Source of the DNA: Octopus vulgaris
Lineage: Eukaryota
Assembly (NCBI GenBank): GCA_951406725.2
Contig: OX597840.1
Location: forward strand, 26,846,001 to 26,910,000
Length of the DNA: 64,000 nt
Direction of reading: 5' to 3'
Shown: positions 28,542-42,204 of the stretch, one piece after another
Numbering within the stretch: position 1 is the first letter of the stretch
How the letters are laid out: each line of letters begins with the position of its first letter
Program-made: the position numbers and the translations under genes
Notes under the pieces: generated by a model
What the model was told of the DNA's origin: nothing
What the model saw: only the letters and a program-made list of their open reading frames with translations
Database searches by the model: none

Positions 28542-28820
28542 TATACTTAAATTTTTCCCATCATTCCGCTGCCTTCGTGTTCAGGTTTTTTGCTAATCTG
28601 GCTCAACTTTCGTTGGTCACTCTCATATTTTTTTTATTCTGGAATGTCGGAATGCCAAATTCTTCGGTGTTATTCGGTTAAGCTTGAAACTCGTAAATCT
28701 ATCTTCGTCCGTTACTTCCTCGAAATTTCTTTTTTAAACTAGTTCTTTGTAATTTTGTTGGCTTTATTTTTCTTTTACCTTTTTTGGGGGGGATATTCAC
28801 TTGTTCATCTGCTCGCTCGT

Positions 28821-28855
<35 letters not shown>

Positions 28856-28995
28856 CGCGCATGTGTGGGAGTATATACATAAATATATATGTATGTGTAT
28901 ATATATATATATATTCCTGAGCGCCATACTAATACAATTGTTTGTTTGTATTCCACCTGCCTTCGTCTTTTGTTTATTTTCATAAAGCTTCCCGT

Positions 28996-29028
<33 letters not shown>

Positions 29029-29365
29029 GTGTGTGTATATATGTGTGTATTTATGTATATATATATATGTATATATATGTATTTATATATATGCATATAT
29101 CTATATATTTATCTATCTATATGTATATATATGTATATATATATATATATATATACATACATATATGTATATATACATGTATATATATACATATATATAT
29201 ATACTTACGTATATATACACACACACAAACCAACATACATATGTGCATGTGAATGTGTGTATGTATATATGTATTTGTAAATGTATATATATGTATATAT
29301 ATATATATATATAAATACATATATATATGTGCGTATATATATATGTATATATATATACATACGTG

Positions 29366-29397
<32 letters not shown>

Positions 29398-29403
29398 CGT
29401 ATA

Positions 29404-29471
<68 letters not shown>

Positions 29472-29934
29472 TATATATTCTATATTCGTTTTATATTTGT
29501 ATTTGTGTTTTCTTTCTGGTGCTTGATATATGATCGATGTCTAGAACCCGTCTTCTCAAATTAGCTCCTCCGTAGGTATTCAAAATTACTTTTGCACCAA
29601 CCTTATTTTATTTACAGATACAATATGTCTACGCTTACACACTGCTATCCAGTTACTTTACTTGTCTTTTTCTTTGTGCGTACCTCTCGTATTTCTTTTC
29701 AGCCCTTTTTTTTATACAGTTTTCTTCTCTCTCTTTGTTTAACTTTCCCCGAACTGGTGTCAATTAGAGCTGAAGTAAAAAAAAATAAATAGGTAAATAG
29801 ATAATAAATGAATAAATAAATATAACATGGCAGAAAAGGGAAGCGGCTTCAATACGTTATCAATATAGTATCTATTTTTCGGAGAACTAGTTAGTTGCAT
29901 ATTTATTTTTTCTCTTCCAGGTTTGTCTCACTGA

Positions 29935-29939
29935 AACAC

Positions 29940-30003
<64 letters not shown>

Positions 30004-30016
30004 CACACACGCACAA

Positions 30017-30049
<33 letters not shown>

Positions 30050-30062
30050 CACATTCACACAA

Positions 30063-30093
<31 letters not shown>

Positions 30094-30097
30094 TACA

Positions 30098-30154
<57 letters not shown>

Positions 30155-30430
30155 AAACACACACACAAACACACACACACATACACAAACACACACACAA
30201 ACACACACACACACACAAACACACACACAAACACACACACACATACACAAACACACACACAAACACACACACACATACACAAACACACACACAAACACAC
30301 ACACACACACATACACAAACACACACACAAACACACACACACATACACAAACACACACACAAACACACACACACACAAACACACACACAACACACACACA
30401 AACACATACACAGACACAAACATACAAACA
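29935..30430. repeat. (CA)n-type microsatellite
   Basis: Seen directly. Confidence 0.97.
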
Positions 30431-30671
30431 CACACACATTCACCACCACCCTACGCACATACATACTGAAACACTCCCCCACATACACGCACACTTAATC
30501 CTCCACGCACGCACACACTCAAGCCCCACACATGTACACAAATTCCACACACACACACACACACTCACCACCACCCCACGCAATACACACTCAGTCTCCC
30601 CACACACATGGAACTTTCACGACCTACATATTGTTTTTCAGACTCAGAATTTTGGCACTGTGTGTGTGTGT

Positions 30672-30738
<67 letters not shown>

Positions 30739-30761
30739 CAGCAGCAGTAGTAATTGTAGCG

Positions 30762-30795
<34 letters not shown>

Positions 30796-30817
30796 CAGCA
30801 GCAGCAGTAGTTATAGC

Positions 30818-30872
<55 letters not shown>

Positions 30873-30999
30873 TATCTTATCAGCTAACAATTTTTCTTTT
30901 AACCGGTTTCACTAATTGTTCTGCGGCCATGCTGGGGCATTACCTTGAAGGGTTCTAGTCGAATAAATAAACCCCAGTATTTATTTTTCCTGTTCAATC

Positions 31000-31316
31000 C
31001 TCTCCTTTTTCTATCCGTCACTTCCCGCAGAAGAGAAAGCAGGTCAACCCCCGACACCGAGAGCATCGACGGATGGATGAACTGCGCATCCAGGCTCAGC
31101 GGTTGCGTAGGAAGTCGGGGACAAGAAACAGGAAGAAAGAGTGATAGAAAGTTGGAGCGAAAGTGTACAACAGGGGTCGCCACCACTCCCTGCCGGAGCC
31201 TCGTGGAGCTTTAGGTGTTTTCGCTCAATAAACACACACAACGCCCGGTCTGGGAATCGAAACCGCGATCCTCCAACCGCGAGTCCGCTACCCTAACCAC
31301 TGGGCCATTGCGCCTC
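31000..31316 (-). mobile_element. tRNA-headed SINE family D
   Basis: Reverse complement gaggcgcaatggcccagtggttagggtagcggactcgcgg...ggtttcgattcccagaccgggcg, followed by the body shared with 4498-4686. Confidence 0.85.
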
Positions 31317-31896
31317 GTTGTTGCTGTAGTTTTGCTGGTGGTGGTAGCGTAAGGTTTCGATTAAGGTCCTTCACGAGAGAGAAATGTGCAACCAACTGAA
31401 GAATAAACCAAGTTCCTAATTGCAGCGTTGGCTGAGAGGAACGGTAAGAAGGTCATCATGAAAATTAATGAAGACTCGCAGAATTCATAATTATTCACAG
31501 ATTGGTCAAAAGATTAATGTTTCGTTGTTGTTGCTGATGTGGTTGCTATGAGTGTAGTTGTAAAAAATATCCTTAACCAAATGTATTCCTACCATGACCA
31601 ACCCTTATTATTAGACATGGTTGGTCAGAAGTTTTCTTCCCAATGACGTTGGTTCCGTTCAGAGTTAAGAACCACTGCGTGGCATCTTGGGTAAGTGTCT
31701 TCTACAATAGCCTCCAGCTGAACGAAGCCTTGTGAGAGGTTTTGGTTCGGGGAAATTAAAAGAAGCCTGTCATGTGTATATGCATGTGTGTGTGTGAGAG
31801 AGTGGTATAAATATAAGATTTAAGGATCGAGGTGTAGGAAGAAAGTATATATACAGTCTATACAGTAAATATATATATATATATATATATATACAT

Positions 31897-31929
<33 letters not shown>

Positions 31930-32635
31930 GATAGATGGATAGATAGATAGACAGATAAATACATGCACGGATACGTACATACATACATACATAATATATA
32001 AGGCTGTGTGGTTGGCTGCTTCTACAGGAGTGGCTGCGTAGTAAGCAGCTGGTTTCCAAACCACATGGTTCTGGGTTCAGCCCCACTGCGTGGCACCTTG
32101 GGCAAGTATCTTCTACTATAGTCCTAACCACTGGGCCATTGCGCCTCCACCCTGATGCTGTTGTTGTCGTCGGCTAGTCTGTTGTTAGTGGTGTTGTTGT
32201 CACAATTTTTGTTGTTGCTGTTATTTTTGTCGTCCCCTTTGTTGTTGTTGTTGCAATTAAAGCACTTGTTCTTGTTCTTGGTACTGTTTTTTTTTGTTGT
32301 TGATATTGTTGTTATTGCTGTTGTTGTTGTTGCTGTTGTTGTTCTTGTAGTTGTTGTTGTTGTTTTTTGTTGTTGTTGATGTTGCTTTCGTTTTTCAGCC
32401 TCAAATTAATTCTGATCGAAATCTCATACGTGTGTGTATGTATTTGTATGTATGTATGTGTGTGTGTGTGTATGTGTGTGTTTTTTTGTGTTTGTGTACA
32501 TGTGTGTTGGACAGGGGGGGTGCCCGGCACCACCCTGTAAACAGACGGTGACTACACACGATGTAGGTCAAGAGATGACCGACAGTTGACCTATATCTCA
32601 TATGACCCGAATCTCTTTCAGCTATCAAATGACAA

Positions 32636-32687
<52 letters not shown>

Positions 32688-32807
32688 CATTCAGGCAAAA
32701 ACAATTTTCTGGGAAAAACTTTAAACATCTTACCATTCGCCTTTCACTGCTTTTGAGTTTGTGAGTGTATGTGTGTGTTTGTACGTGTGTGTTGTGTGTG
32801 TGTGTGT

Positions 32808-32857
<50 letters not shown>

Positions 32858-33064
32858 AGCAGACAGACAGACTATCTACTTCCCCGTGTCTGTGTTCATG
32901 TTAACAGTACCACCGTTTTCTAAAAATACCACTGGCTATGAGTGACAGACGAGTGATAGCGATTCCATGAACTCAGAGAAAGGATGTATGTGTATGTATG
33001 TGTCTGTGTGTGTGTGTGTGTGCGTCTGTGTCTGTGTGTGTGTTGTTTGTGTGTGTGTGTGTAT

Positions 33065-33230
33065 TTGACCGCTAAATCAACAAGTTTTTTTTTTCGTTCT
33101 CTCTGTTTATTTTCTCTTATACCTTTCTGTTGAAGAGCATAAACTCGAAACGTAGAAGACATTTTCATTTTCCCAAGCGTACACCTGCTTGTTATTCATG
33201 CACCTGTTTATAAATTTCAACAATAAATTT

Positions 33231-33235
<5 letters not shown>
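33065..33235 (+). mobile_element. Short Penelope-like pLTR element (family P2) with hammerhead-like motif at 33123-33158
   Basis: CUUU-CUGUUGA-A-GAGC(auaa)ACUC-GAAA-CGUA-GAAG. Ends in (TA)n. Confidence 0.65.
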
Positions 33236-33283
<48 letters not shown>

Positions 33284-33393
33284 ACGCTTCAATTCTATGC
33301 TGCTGCCGCATTATGTCGTACGCGAATGAGAGGATTTGCATCCCCAACCAAGAATTTCTGATGTAACACATGTCCTTGTGGAAGTTGTTGTGC

Positions 33394-33471
33394 GCGGCTG
33401 AAGAAGGCCACAGACATACATTATGCATTGTTATAAATCTGTCTAATAAAGGCCCGAAACATATGTACCGC
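33394..33471 (+). ncRNA. Hammerhead ribozyme-like motif with enlarged helix II
   Basis: GCGG-CUGAAGA-aGGCC[41 nt]GGCCc-GAAA-CAUAUG-UA-CCGC, with palindromic ACAUAUGU. Island 33282-33508 lies between (TA)n tracts. Confidence 0.75.
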
Positions 33472-33504
33472 TGAATCCTTGGCATCATGTTTTTATTTTG
33501 ATCA

Positions 33505-33555
<51 letters not shown>

Positions 33556-33556
<1 letters not shown>

Positions 33557-33963
33557 GAGTGGCTGTGTGGTAAGTAGCTTGTTTACCAACCACATGGTTC
33601 CGGGTTCAGTCCCACTGCGTGGCACCTTGGGCAAGTGTCTTCTACTATAGCCTCGGGCCGACCAAAGCCTTGTGAGTGGATTTGATAGATGGAAACTGAA
33701 AGAAACCCGTCGTATATATGTATATATATATATGTGTGTGTGTATGTGCGTGTTTGTGTGTCTGTGTTTGTTCCCCTAGCATTGCTTGACAACCGATGCT
33801 GGTGTGTCTATGTCCCCGTCACTTAGCGGTTCGGCAAAAGAGACCGATAGAATAAGTACTGGGCTTACAAAAGAATAAGTCCCGGGGTCCAGTTGCTCGA
33901 CTAAAGGCGGTGCTCCAGCATGGTCGCAGTCAAATGACTGAAACAAGTAAAAGAGTAAAAGAG
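33556..33963 (+). mobile_element. SINE family B, near full length
   Basis: ggagtggctgtgtggtaag A-box-like, gggttcagtccc B-box-like, CORE-like gcaccttgggcaagtg, internal (TA)n(TG)n and a (gtaaaaga)n tail. Confidence 0.92.
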
Positions 33964-33979
33964 TATATACATACACACA

Positions 33980-34013
<34 letters not shown>

Positions 34014-34433
34014 ATACAGAAATACAACTATACAATTACATACCAGCCACTGGTATTTATTTATTCATTTTTTTTTTTGTATTGTGTGAAAACATCCTGA
34101 TGAGGTGAGGGTCAGTTTTAAAATTATGAAATATATCATATTACTTGTTATATACGACAGTGATTCAACAATTTGAAGACAAATGTAGCTGCTGTTTCCA
34201 GCATTTGTGTCCACTTGGTCGAGGCCCACCACACTCGTCGGCTCTCTTACGTATTCCTGTAGATTTATCGCAGAACAAGAAGACACGGCTACATTAGCCT
34301 GAGACCAGAAGTGGTGCCGTATGTTTAAACAGAACCATTATTACTGTCATTCTTCGAGAACGACATGATACATAAGCGATCGTGTGTACATACATACAAA
34401 AGCAAACACATACACATCTATATATATATATAT

Positions 34434-34497
<64 letters not shown>

Positions 34498-34498
34498 A

Positions 34499-34535
<37 letters not shown>

Positions 34536-34548
34536 GTATATATATTTA

Positions 34549-34607
<59 letters not shown>

Positions 34608-34693
34608 CACTGTCATTTTCGAGAACGACATGATATATAAGCGCTCGTGTGTACATACATACAAAAGCAACACATACATCTATATACACACAA

Positions 34694-34819
<126 letters not shown>

Positions 34820-35444
34820 TATATATATATATATAAATATATATATATACACATACACACACATACACACAGACACGCATATATATATATATATATATCT
34901 TAGCTTTGTTATATTGTAGTGGTTATCTGAGGCTGCATAGTAATTAGATTTAGACGCTTTGTAGTAACATCACTGCGATATCAGATATGATAATACATAT
35001 ATCAATAACAATTACAGCAAGTCCTACCATTTGCAAATATGTTCGTCTTGATAAAATTTAATTTACTTTGTAAAGCCTCTTCTAAATTAATTTTCGAAAC
35101 CGCGCCACTATCACCACCACCACCACCACCACAAACGCCGCCATCTCCACCACCATCCACGACGACGACAATGGCGACAACGGCGACATGTTGTACGTTG
35201 CGTTACGTTACGTTACGAAACCCAGTCCATAAGATATGGCAGCTTATCAAACAGATATCATTTGATATTAAAATGCACAAAAGAGGCATTGAATATTGTA
35301 ATGAAATTATGTATTCTGTGTTCGGCACACAAGAACAGTGGAGTTCCTTCGATTTTTGGCGCCAAAAGAATTAAAAAGAAAACAGGTAGATACGTATGGT
35401 AATGTTTTATATTAAATACATGCATCATAACTGGTTAGCCGTTG

Positions 35445-36012
<568 letters not shown>

Positions 36013-36658
36013 ACGGTCTTTGATACAATATTTAAGTTCGATTACAGAAACAAATAAAGTGTTGTTATTCAAAGATTTGCAAGTACATGGCTCTTCGATT
36101 TATATTCAAACTGTCGTTCCTAGTGTTTTATTAAATTTTGGTTTGAATATATGAATAAAATTCACGCTGCTTTTGTCGTCTGTTGAACGGAAATATGGCC
36201 GACATTCAACTTAGAAGACAATGACTGTTGTGTTATGGTAGTTCGTTGTTATTTGTTGTTGTTGTTGTTGTTGTTGTTGTTGCTGTTGTTGTTATTGTTG
36301 TTGATGTTGTTGTTGATTAGCATGAGGTCATCTTTGATCCGGCAGACTTATTAATAAAGGTAATCGCAGAGTCATTAGATTGTCAAACAAAATGCTTCGC
36401 GGTGTTCCTGGCGATTCTTTACGTTTTGTGTTCAAATTCCGCTGGGTCGACTTTGTTTTTACATTTTTTTTCAGGGATGTAAAGCACTCGATACGATGTC
36501 ATTGATAAGGGCCCTCCTCTAGAAATTTCAGGCCTTGCGCACATATTTGAAAGGATTAAGGCAGCGAGCTGGCTGAAACGTTAGCACGCCGGACGAAATG
36601 CTTAGCAGTATTTCGTCTGCCGTTACGTTCTGAGTTCAAATTCCGCCGAGGTCGACTT

Positions 36659-37369
36659 AAAATGGAAAAAAATGATGGTAAATTTTTTTTTAAATCGTAG
36701 ACTCATCGTTGACGCGCGCTAATACCCAGAAGGGCTCGATATGAATCACGACTATAAGATACCCGGATTTGGTTAAACTGCACCACAAAATGTGGGAGTA
36801 GTTAGGAATCTAAATCGTAGGAGACAGACACACACACACAACTTCACTTTTATATATAAAGACTAGCAGTATCGCCCGGCGTTGCTCGGATTTGTAAGGG
36901 AAATAACTATATAAGCATTTTTAGAGAGTTACTTCCCTTATAAATTCGGGCTTTCTTAGCCATTTTTGTTTTGGTGTCTTCAAGCATGAAGTCGTTGTTC
37001 TAAAAGAACGCTGGTTTCCTTCACAACGCATTACGACGTTGATTTCTTTACACTCCCTTCCCCACAGCTTCACGAGGGAGGGAAGGGGGAGAAGCAAACA
37101 GGTGCAGCTGTGAGCGTGGACGCCAACTCCGCCGCCATCGACATACGATGCATTTTATGCATTAAAATGGAATAAAAAATGATGTTAAATTATTTTTAAA
37201 ATCGTAGACTCATCGTTGACGCGCGCTAATAGCCAGACGGGCTCGATATGAATCACGACTATAAGATACCCGGATTTGGTTAAACTGCACCGCAAAATGT
37301 GGGAGTAGTTAGGAATCTAAATCGAAGGGGACAGACACACACACACAACTTCACTTTTATATATAAAGA
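36659..37369 (-). mobile_element. Head-to-tail non-autonomous Helitrons (complete copy 36863-37369 plus 3'-truncated copy 36659-36862)
   Basis: Minus strand: A|TCtttatatataaaagtgaagttg ... ccgagcaacgccgggcgatactgCTAG|TCtttatatataaaag. The truncated copy abuts a cut SINE A head (36560-36658). Confidence 0.88.
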
Positions 37370-38379
37370 TATATATTCTCACATATAGCTACAATGTGTT
37401 TACATGTATCGTTACAGGCAGTGAGCAAGCAGAATCGTCATTACGCCGAAAGAAGTGCTTCGCCGCATTTTGTTCGTCTTCCCGTTCTGAGCTAAAATTT
37501 CGTAGAGGTCGAGTTTGCGTTTCATCTTTCTGGGGCCGATAAAATAAGTACCAGCAGAACACTGGGGTTCAATATAATCGACTTAGCCCCTTCCCATAAA
37601 CTGCTGGCCTTGTGCCAAAATATGTATGAATATATTTATAAATATATGAAAACAGACATATATAGGTTTTCCTCTGTGTGTGTGTGTATAAGTATGCATG
37701 TGTATGTGTATATATGTGTGTGTATGTGTGTGTATGTCTGTGCATATGTGTGTTTGTGTGTGTGTGTGTGTGTCAGAAATAGCCATTATTTATTTTCAGT
37801 TTTATTTGCTTTTGAGGTATTTAGCATTTTTATAAAAAATAACATTATTTCCTTAATTATTCACTGCAACAGACAGACACACACTGACACACACACACAC
37901 ACACACACACGCGCGCGCGCGCATAACTAGATTCCTCCTTATCTCTCTCTCTCCCTCTCAACACACACACACACACAAAATGGTGTCCTAGTTTCTATCC
38001 GCCGCCTCGCTCTATCTCATCTTTGAAGGCATGTTTTTTACATTTTTACATTGTGCATGTGGTATATTTTAACGCTCAATGTGTTCTTTATAAATTGCTT
38101 GAACAGAAAGCAGATGTCAAGATAAAGAAGCTACGGCTCTTTCACAATCATCTCTCAACAATCTCCAATCAGGGCAAGGCGTTGCTGCTATTTCCAGCCG
38201 CGTAAATAATGCATAAGGACCGTCGCCATATTTATGCCACGCTGCTTAGCTGCCAAACACGCACCAATCTTAATCACTGCTGATGCTGTTTTGGCTTTAA
38301 AAATGCAAAAATTGAAAGAATCCGAACAACTTAGGATCATTTTTTTACTTGAAGATTACCATAATAGATGTTAATGGTA

Positions 38380-38387
38380 ATAATAAC

Positions 38388-38475
<88 letters not shown>

Positions 38476-38512
38476 TTAATAATAATAATAATAATAATAA
38501 AAACTAATAATA

Positions 38513-38548
<36 letters not shown>

Positions 38549-38550
38549 GT

Positions 38551-38631
<81 letters not shown>

Positions 38632-38690
38632 AAGAAGAAGAAGAAGAAGAAGAAGAAGAAGAAGAAGAAGAAGAAGAAGAAGAAGAAGAA
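38380..38690. repeat. (AAT)n followed by (AAG)n
   Basis: Seen directly. Confidence 0.97.
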
Positions 38691-39827
38691 TGTGGTAGAG
38701 ACCTTATACAACTGGAAAACTACTATAAAATAACCACCATAGGACTGCAAAAATATCTACTTCAGAAGGAAGGAAAACTGATACAAATAGCGGCAAAACA
38801 CAAGCAAAACAAAAAACTGTTCTCAGTATTTAAGGAAGCTGACAAATACAAACAAGAAATCATACCACCTAATAAATATGAAGAAGAAGAAGAAGAAGAA
38901 GAAGAAGAAGAAGAAGAAGAAGAAGAAGAAGAAGAAGAAGAAGAAGAAGAAGAAGAAGAAGAAGAAGAAGAAGAAGAAGAAGATGAAGAAACAACAAAAG
39001 CTATAAAACAAATGAAATGCAAACTAAAAATAGAACAGCAACGAACCATGATAAAACGATGGCAAGAAAAGCCCCTTCATGGTAAATACTGGACTAAACT
39101 AAACGCAAAAGAAATAGACAAAGACAAATCCCAGCAATGGTTGAGAAGCTCAGGACTCAAAGCAGAAACAGAGGGATTTTTAATTGCAGCACAAGACCAA
39201 AGCCTCCCCACCAGAAATTACCAAAAACATGTAATGAAAAGAAATATAACAAGTAACTGCAGAATATGTGGAGATGGACAAGAAACAATAAATCATATTA
39301 TCTCTAGCTGCCCAGTCCTGGCTAAGAAGGAATATATTCACAGACATGACAGAGATGGAACCTACATACATTGGAAGCTATGCCAACATTATGGAATAAC
39401 AACAGAAAAAAGATGGTATAGGCACACACCAGAAAAGGTCACAGAAAACGAGAAAGCAAACATACTCTGGGATATGCCGATACACACAGATAGAGAAATT
39501 AAGGCCAACAGACCAGATATAGTTGTCAAAGATCATGAAGAAAAAAAATGCTTTCTAATTGATGTATCAATACCGGCTGATGACAACGTGTCTCTAAAAG
39601 AAATGGAGAAACTCTCAAAATACAAAGACCTGGAAATAGAGGTAACCAGAATGTGGAATCTAAAAACAGAAACAATTCCTATCATAGTAGGTGCATTAGG
39701 CATGATAAAAAAATATTCAGACAAATACATAACAAAAACACCAGGACTTACAAACACATATAACATACAGAAAATTGCACTACTAGGCACTGCACACATC
39801 CTACACAGAACACTTTCCATACAATAA
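38691..39827 (+). CDS. C-terminal part of the LINE ORF: end of RT thumb, CCHC zinc knuckle and PD-(D/E)xK restriction-like endonuclease (no native start; 5'-truncated)
   Basis: GRDLIQLE (GGRGL-like), PLHGKY, ETEGFLIAAQDQ, CRICGDGQETINHIISSC, RHD, RPDIVV...LIDVSIP...EKLSKYKDL, PIIVGALG. The frame extends upstream of the ATG at 39012 through a poly-Glu tract. Confidence 0.9.
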   Translation, partial: CGRDLIQLENYYKITTIGLQKYLLQKEGKLIQIAAKHKQNKKLFSVFKEADKYKQEIIPPNKYEEEEEEEEEEEEEEEEEEEEEEEEEEEEEEEEEEDEETTKAIKQMKCKLKIEQQRTMIKRWQEKPLHGKYWTKLNAKEIDKDKSQQWLRSSGLKAETEGFLIAAQDQSLPTRNYQKHVMKRNITSNCRICGDGQETINHIISSCPVLAKKEYIHRHDRDGTYIHWKLCQHYGITTEKRWYRHTPEKVTENEKANILWDMPIHTDREIKANRPDIVVKDHEEKKCFLIDVSIPADDNVSLKEMEKLSKYKDLEIEVTRMWNLKTETIPIIVGALGMIKKYSDKYITKTPGLTNTYNIQKIALLGTAHILHRTLSIQ

Positions 39828-39921
39828 CCATCAGAGCATCACAACAAATCACAGCACATACCCAAGGCACACAGAGCTGCGCTCGGTAGTGAAGTGAAAG
39901 CACGCTATAAAAATAAAACTA

Positions 39922-39924
<3 letters not shown>
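38691..39924 (+). mobile_element. 5'-truncated R4/Dong-like non-LTR retrotransposon in (AAT)n
   Basis: Open frame 38691-39827, then a ~97-nt 3' UTR, then (AAT)n from 39925. Confidence 0.9.
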
Positions 39925-39999
<75 letters not shown>

Positions 40000-40009
40000 T
40001 ATAATAGTA

Positions 40010-40403
40010 ATGGTTTCAAAATTTGCCACAGGGGCAGCAGTTCTAGGGGAGGGGATGAGTCGGTTACATCGACCCCAGTGCTCAACTGGTACTTAATTTA
40101 TCGATCCCAAAAGGATGAAAGGCAAAGTCGACCTTGGCGGAATTTTGAACTCAGAACGTAGCATCAGACGAAATACCTATTTCTTTTACTACCCACAAGG
40201 GGCTAAACACAGAGAGGACAAACAAGGACAGACAAACGGATTAAGTCGATTATATCGACCCCAGTGCGTAACTGGTACTTAATTTATCGACCCTGAAAGG
40301 ATGAAAGGCAAAGTCGACCTCGGCGGAATTTGAACTCAGAACGTAACTGCAGACTAAATACGGCTACGCATTTCGTCCGGCGTGCTAAAGTTTCAGCTCT
40401 GCC
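40010..40403 (-). mobile_element. SINE family A, head plus two bodies
   Basis: Same gaaatacctatttc junction at ~40171. Confidence 0.85.
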
Positions 40404-40432
40404 TTATAATAATGATAATAATGATAATAATG

Positions 40433-40474
<42 letters not shown>

Positions 40475-40640
40475 TAATAATAATAGTAATGATCATGAAG
40501 GTGATCATGATGAACTGGCAGAATCGTTAGCACCCTGGGCAAAATGCTTAGCGGTATTTCATGTCATTACGTTCTGAGTTCAAATTCCACCGAGGCCGAC
40601 TTTGCTCTTCATCCTGTTATAATGTATCAATATTTTCGCT

Positions 40641-40691
<51 letters not shown>

Positions 40692-41980
40692 CTTTCTCCC
40701 CTCTCCTGCCCCTCTCCTTCCCCTCCTCTCTCTTTTTCTCTACTTCCTCCTCTCCTCTCTCTTTCTCTCTCCTTCCTCCCCTTTCCTTTCTCTCTCTCTT
40801 CCTACTTCTCTCTATCACCCCTCTTTCTCTCTCCCTCCTTCCCCTCCCCCTTCTCTCTAATCTCTGTTTCTACATCTCTCTCTTCTGTGTGTGAGCATAT
40901 CTTTCCTTATGGAAACCGTTTGTGTCAATTGTACTCAAATAATAAATTTCAATGCCTCTTTCTATCTCTCCCTCTTCTTCTTCTTCTTCTTCTTCTTCTT
41001 CTTCTTCTTCTTCTTCTTCTTCTTCTTCTATCTTACCCTCTCCCTCTGAATGAGTATTATTGCACGTGGTGGGCACATCTGTGTTCTTACGTACAGAGCC
41101 AAAAATTTCTAACACCAAAACAGGATAAATATCCAATCACCAGTGCCAAAAAGGCAACGCCCAACTGTCTCACTCCGCCTAGGTCTTCTTTATGCAACGC
41201 TACCTTCCTTTTTTAAAGATGAAGACGTGCAATTAGATGAAAACTTAGCAGCTATTTCTTGCCGGTTCAGTGACCACAATCAGATCTCTGTTATTAAGTT
41301 GATACAGTATCGTTAATGTAGTTTAACCCTCGAACAAATTTACTCCACCAGGAACATTATTAATAGGCATTGAAGCCAGGATAAAATTTTATGATAAATG
41401 CATGAAAGGAAGGCTCAGAAGATGTGATTGCTATTTCCAGGTTGACTGACTGCCTGGAGGCTTTTACGTTTTATTAATAATATCCGGTGCTTTTCATAAC
41501 TATAGAGGGAATTTAGATGTTAGTATATAAAGTGTTTCGTACGCATAAAGTATATAAACCAACAAAAAATTTATTCTGTATATTAATAGTAATATATTTA
41601 TATTTAAAATATTATTAATATATAAAGAGAAATATAGTAATGTATTGAGTATCGTGTGTTACTTTCTAGAAACACCTGCGATACGTGTAAATATGCGAAG
41701 TAGAAACAGTACTATACTGTATATCATTTTTATTACTTTTATATTTTGTATATATAATGTGTATACAGGCGCAGGAGTGGCTGTGTGGTAAGTAGCTTGC
41801 TTCCTAACCACATGGTTCATTTTCACCTTGCTCCAGTCCACTCAGCTGGCAAAAATGAGTAATCCTGCGACGGCTCGGCGTCCCGTCCAGGTGGGGGAAT
41901 TTCTCCGCTTCTGAAACCGGGAAACCGAACCTTATGAGCCTGGCATGGCTCGAGAAGAAACATTTATTTATATACTTATA

Positions 41981-42051
<71 letters not shown>

Positions 42052-42204
42052 TTGCTTCCCAACCATATGGTTCCGGGTTTAGTCCCACTGCATGGCACCT
42101 TGGGTAAGTGTCTTCTACTATAGCCTCGGGCCGACCAAAGAAAGTCTTGTGAGTGGATTTGGTAGACGGAAACTAAAAAAAGCAAACCCCGTCGTATATA
42201 TGTT

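Noticed and set aside
31240-31316. tRNA-like sequences (also 4610-4686, 2070-2135 and 22212-22280)
   Set aside because: A and B boxes are present but there is no proper acceptor stem, and each continues into a shared repeat body. These are SINE heads, not tRNA genes.
34065-34320. Non-repetitive 73-aa ORF / possible exon
   Set aside because: No recognisable domain or consistent splice frame. It cannot be supported without RNA-seq or homology.
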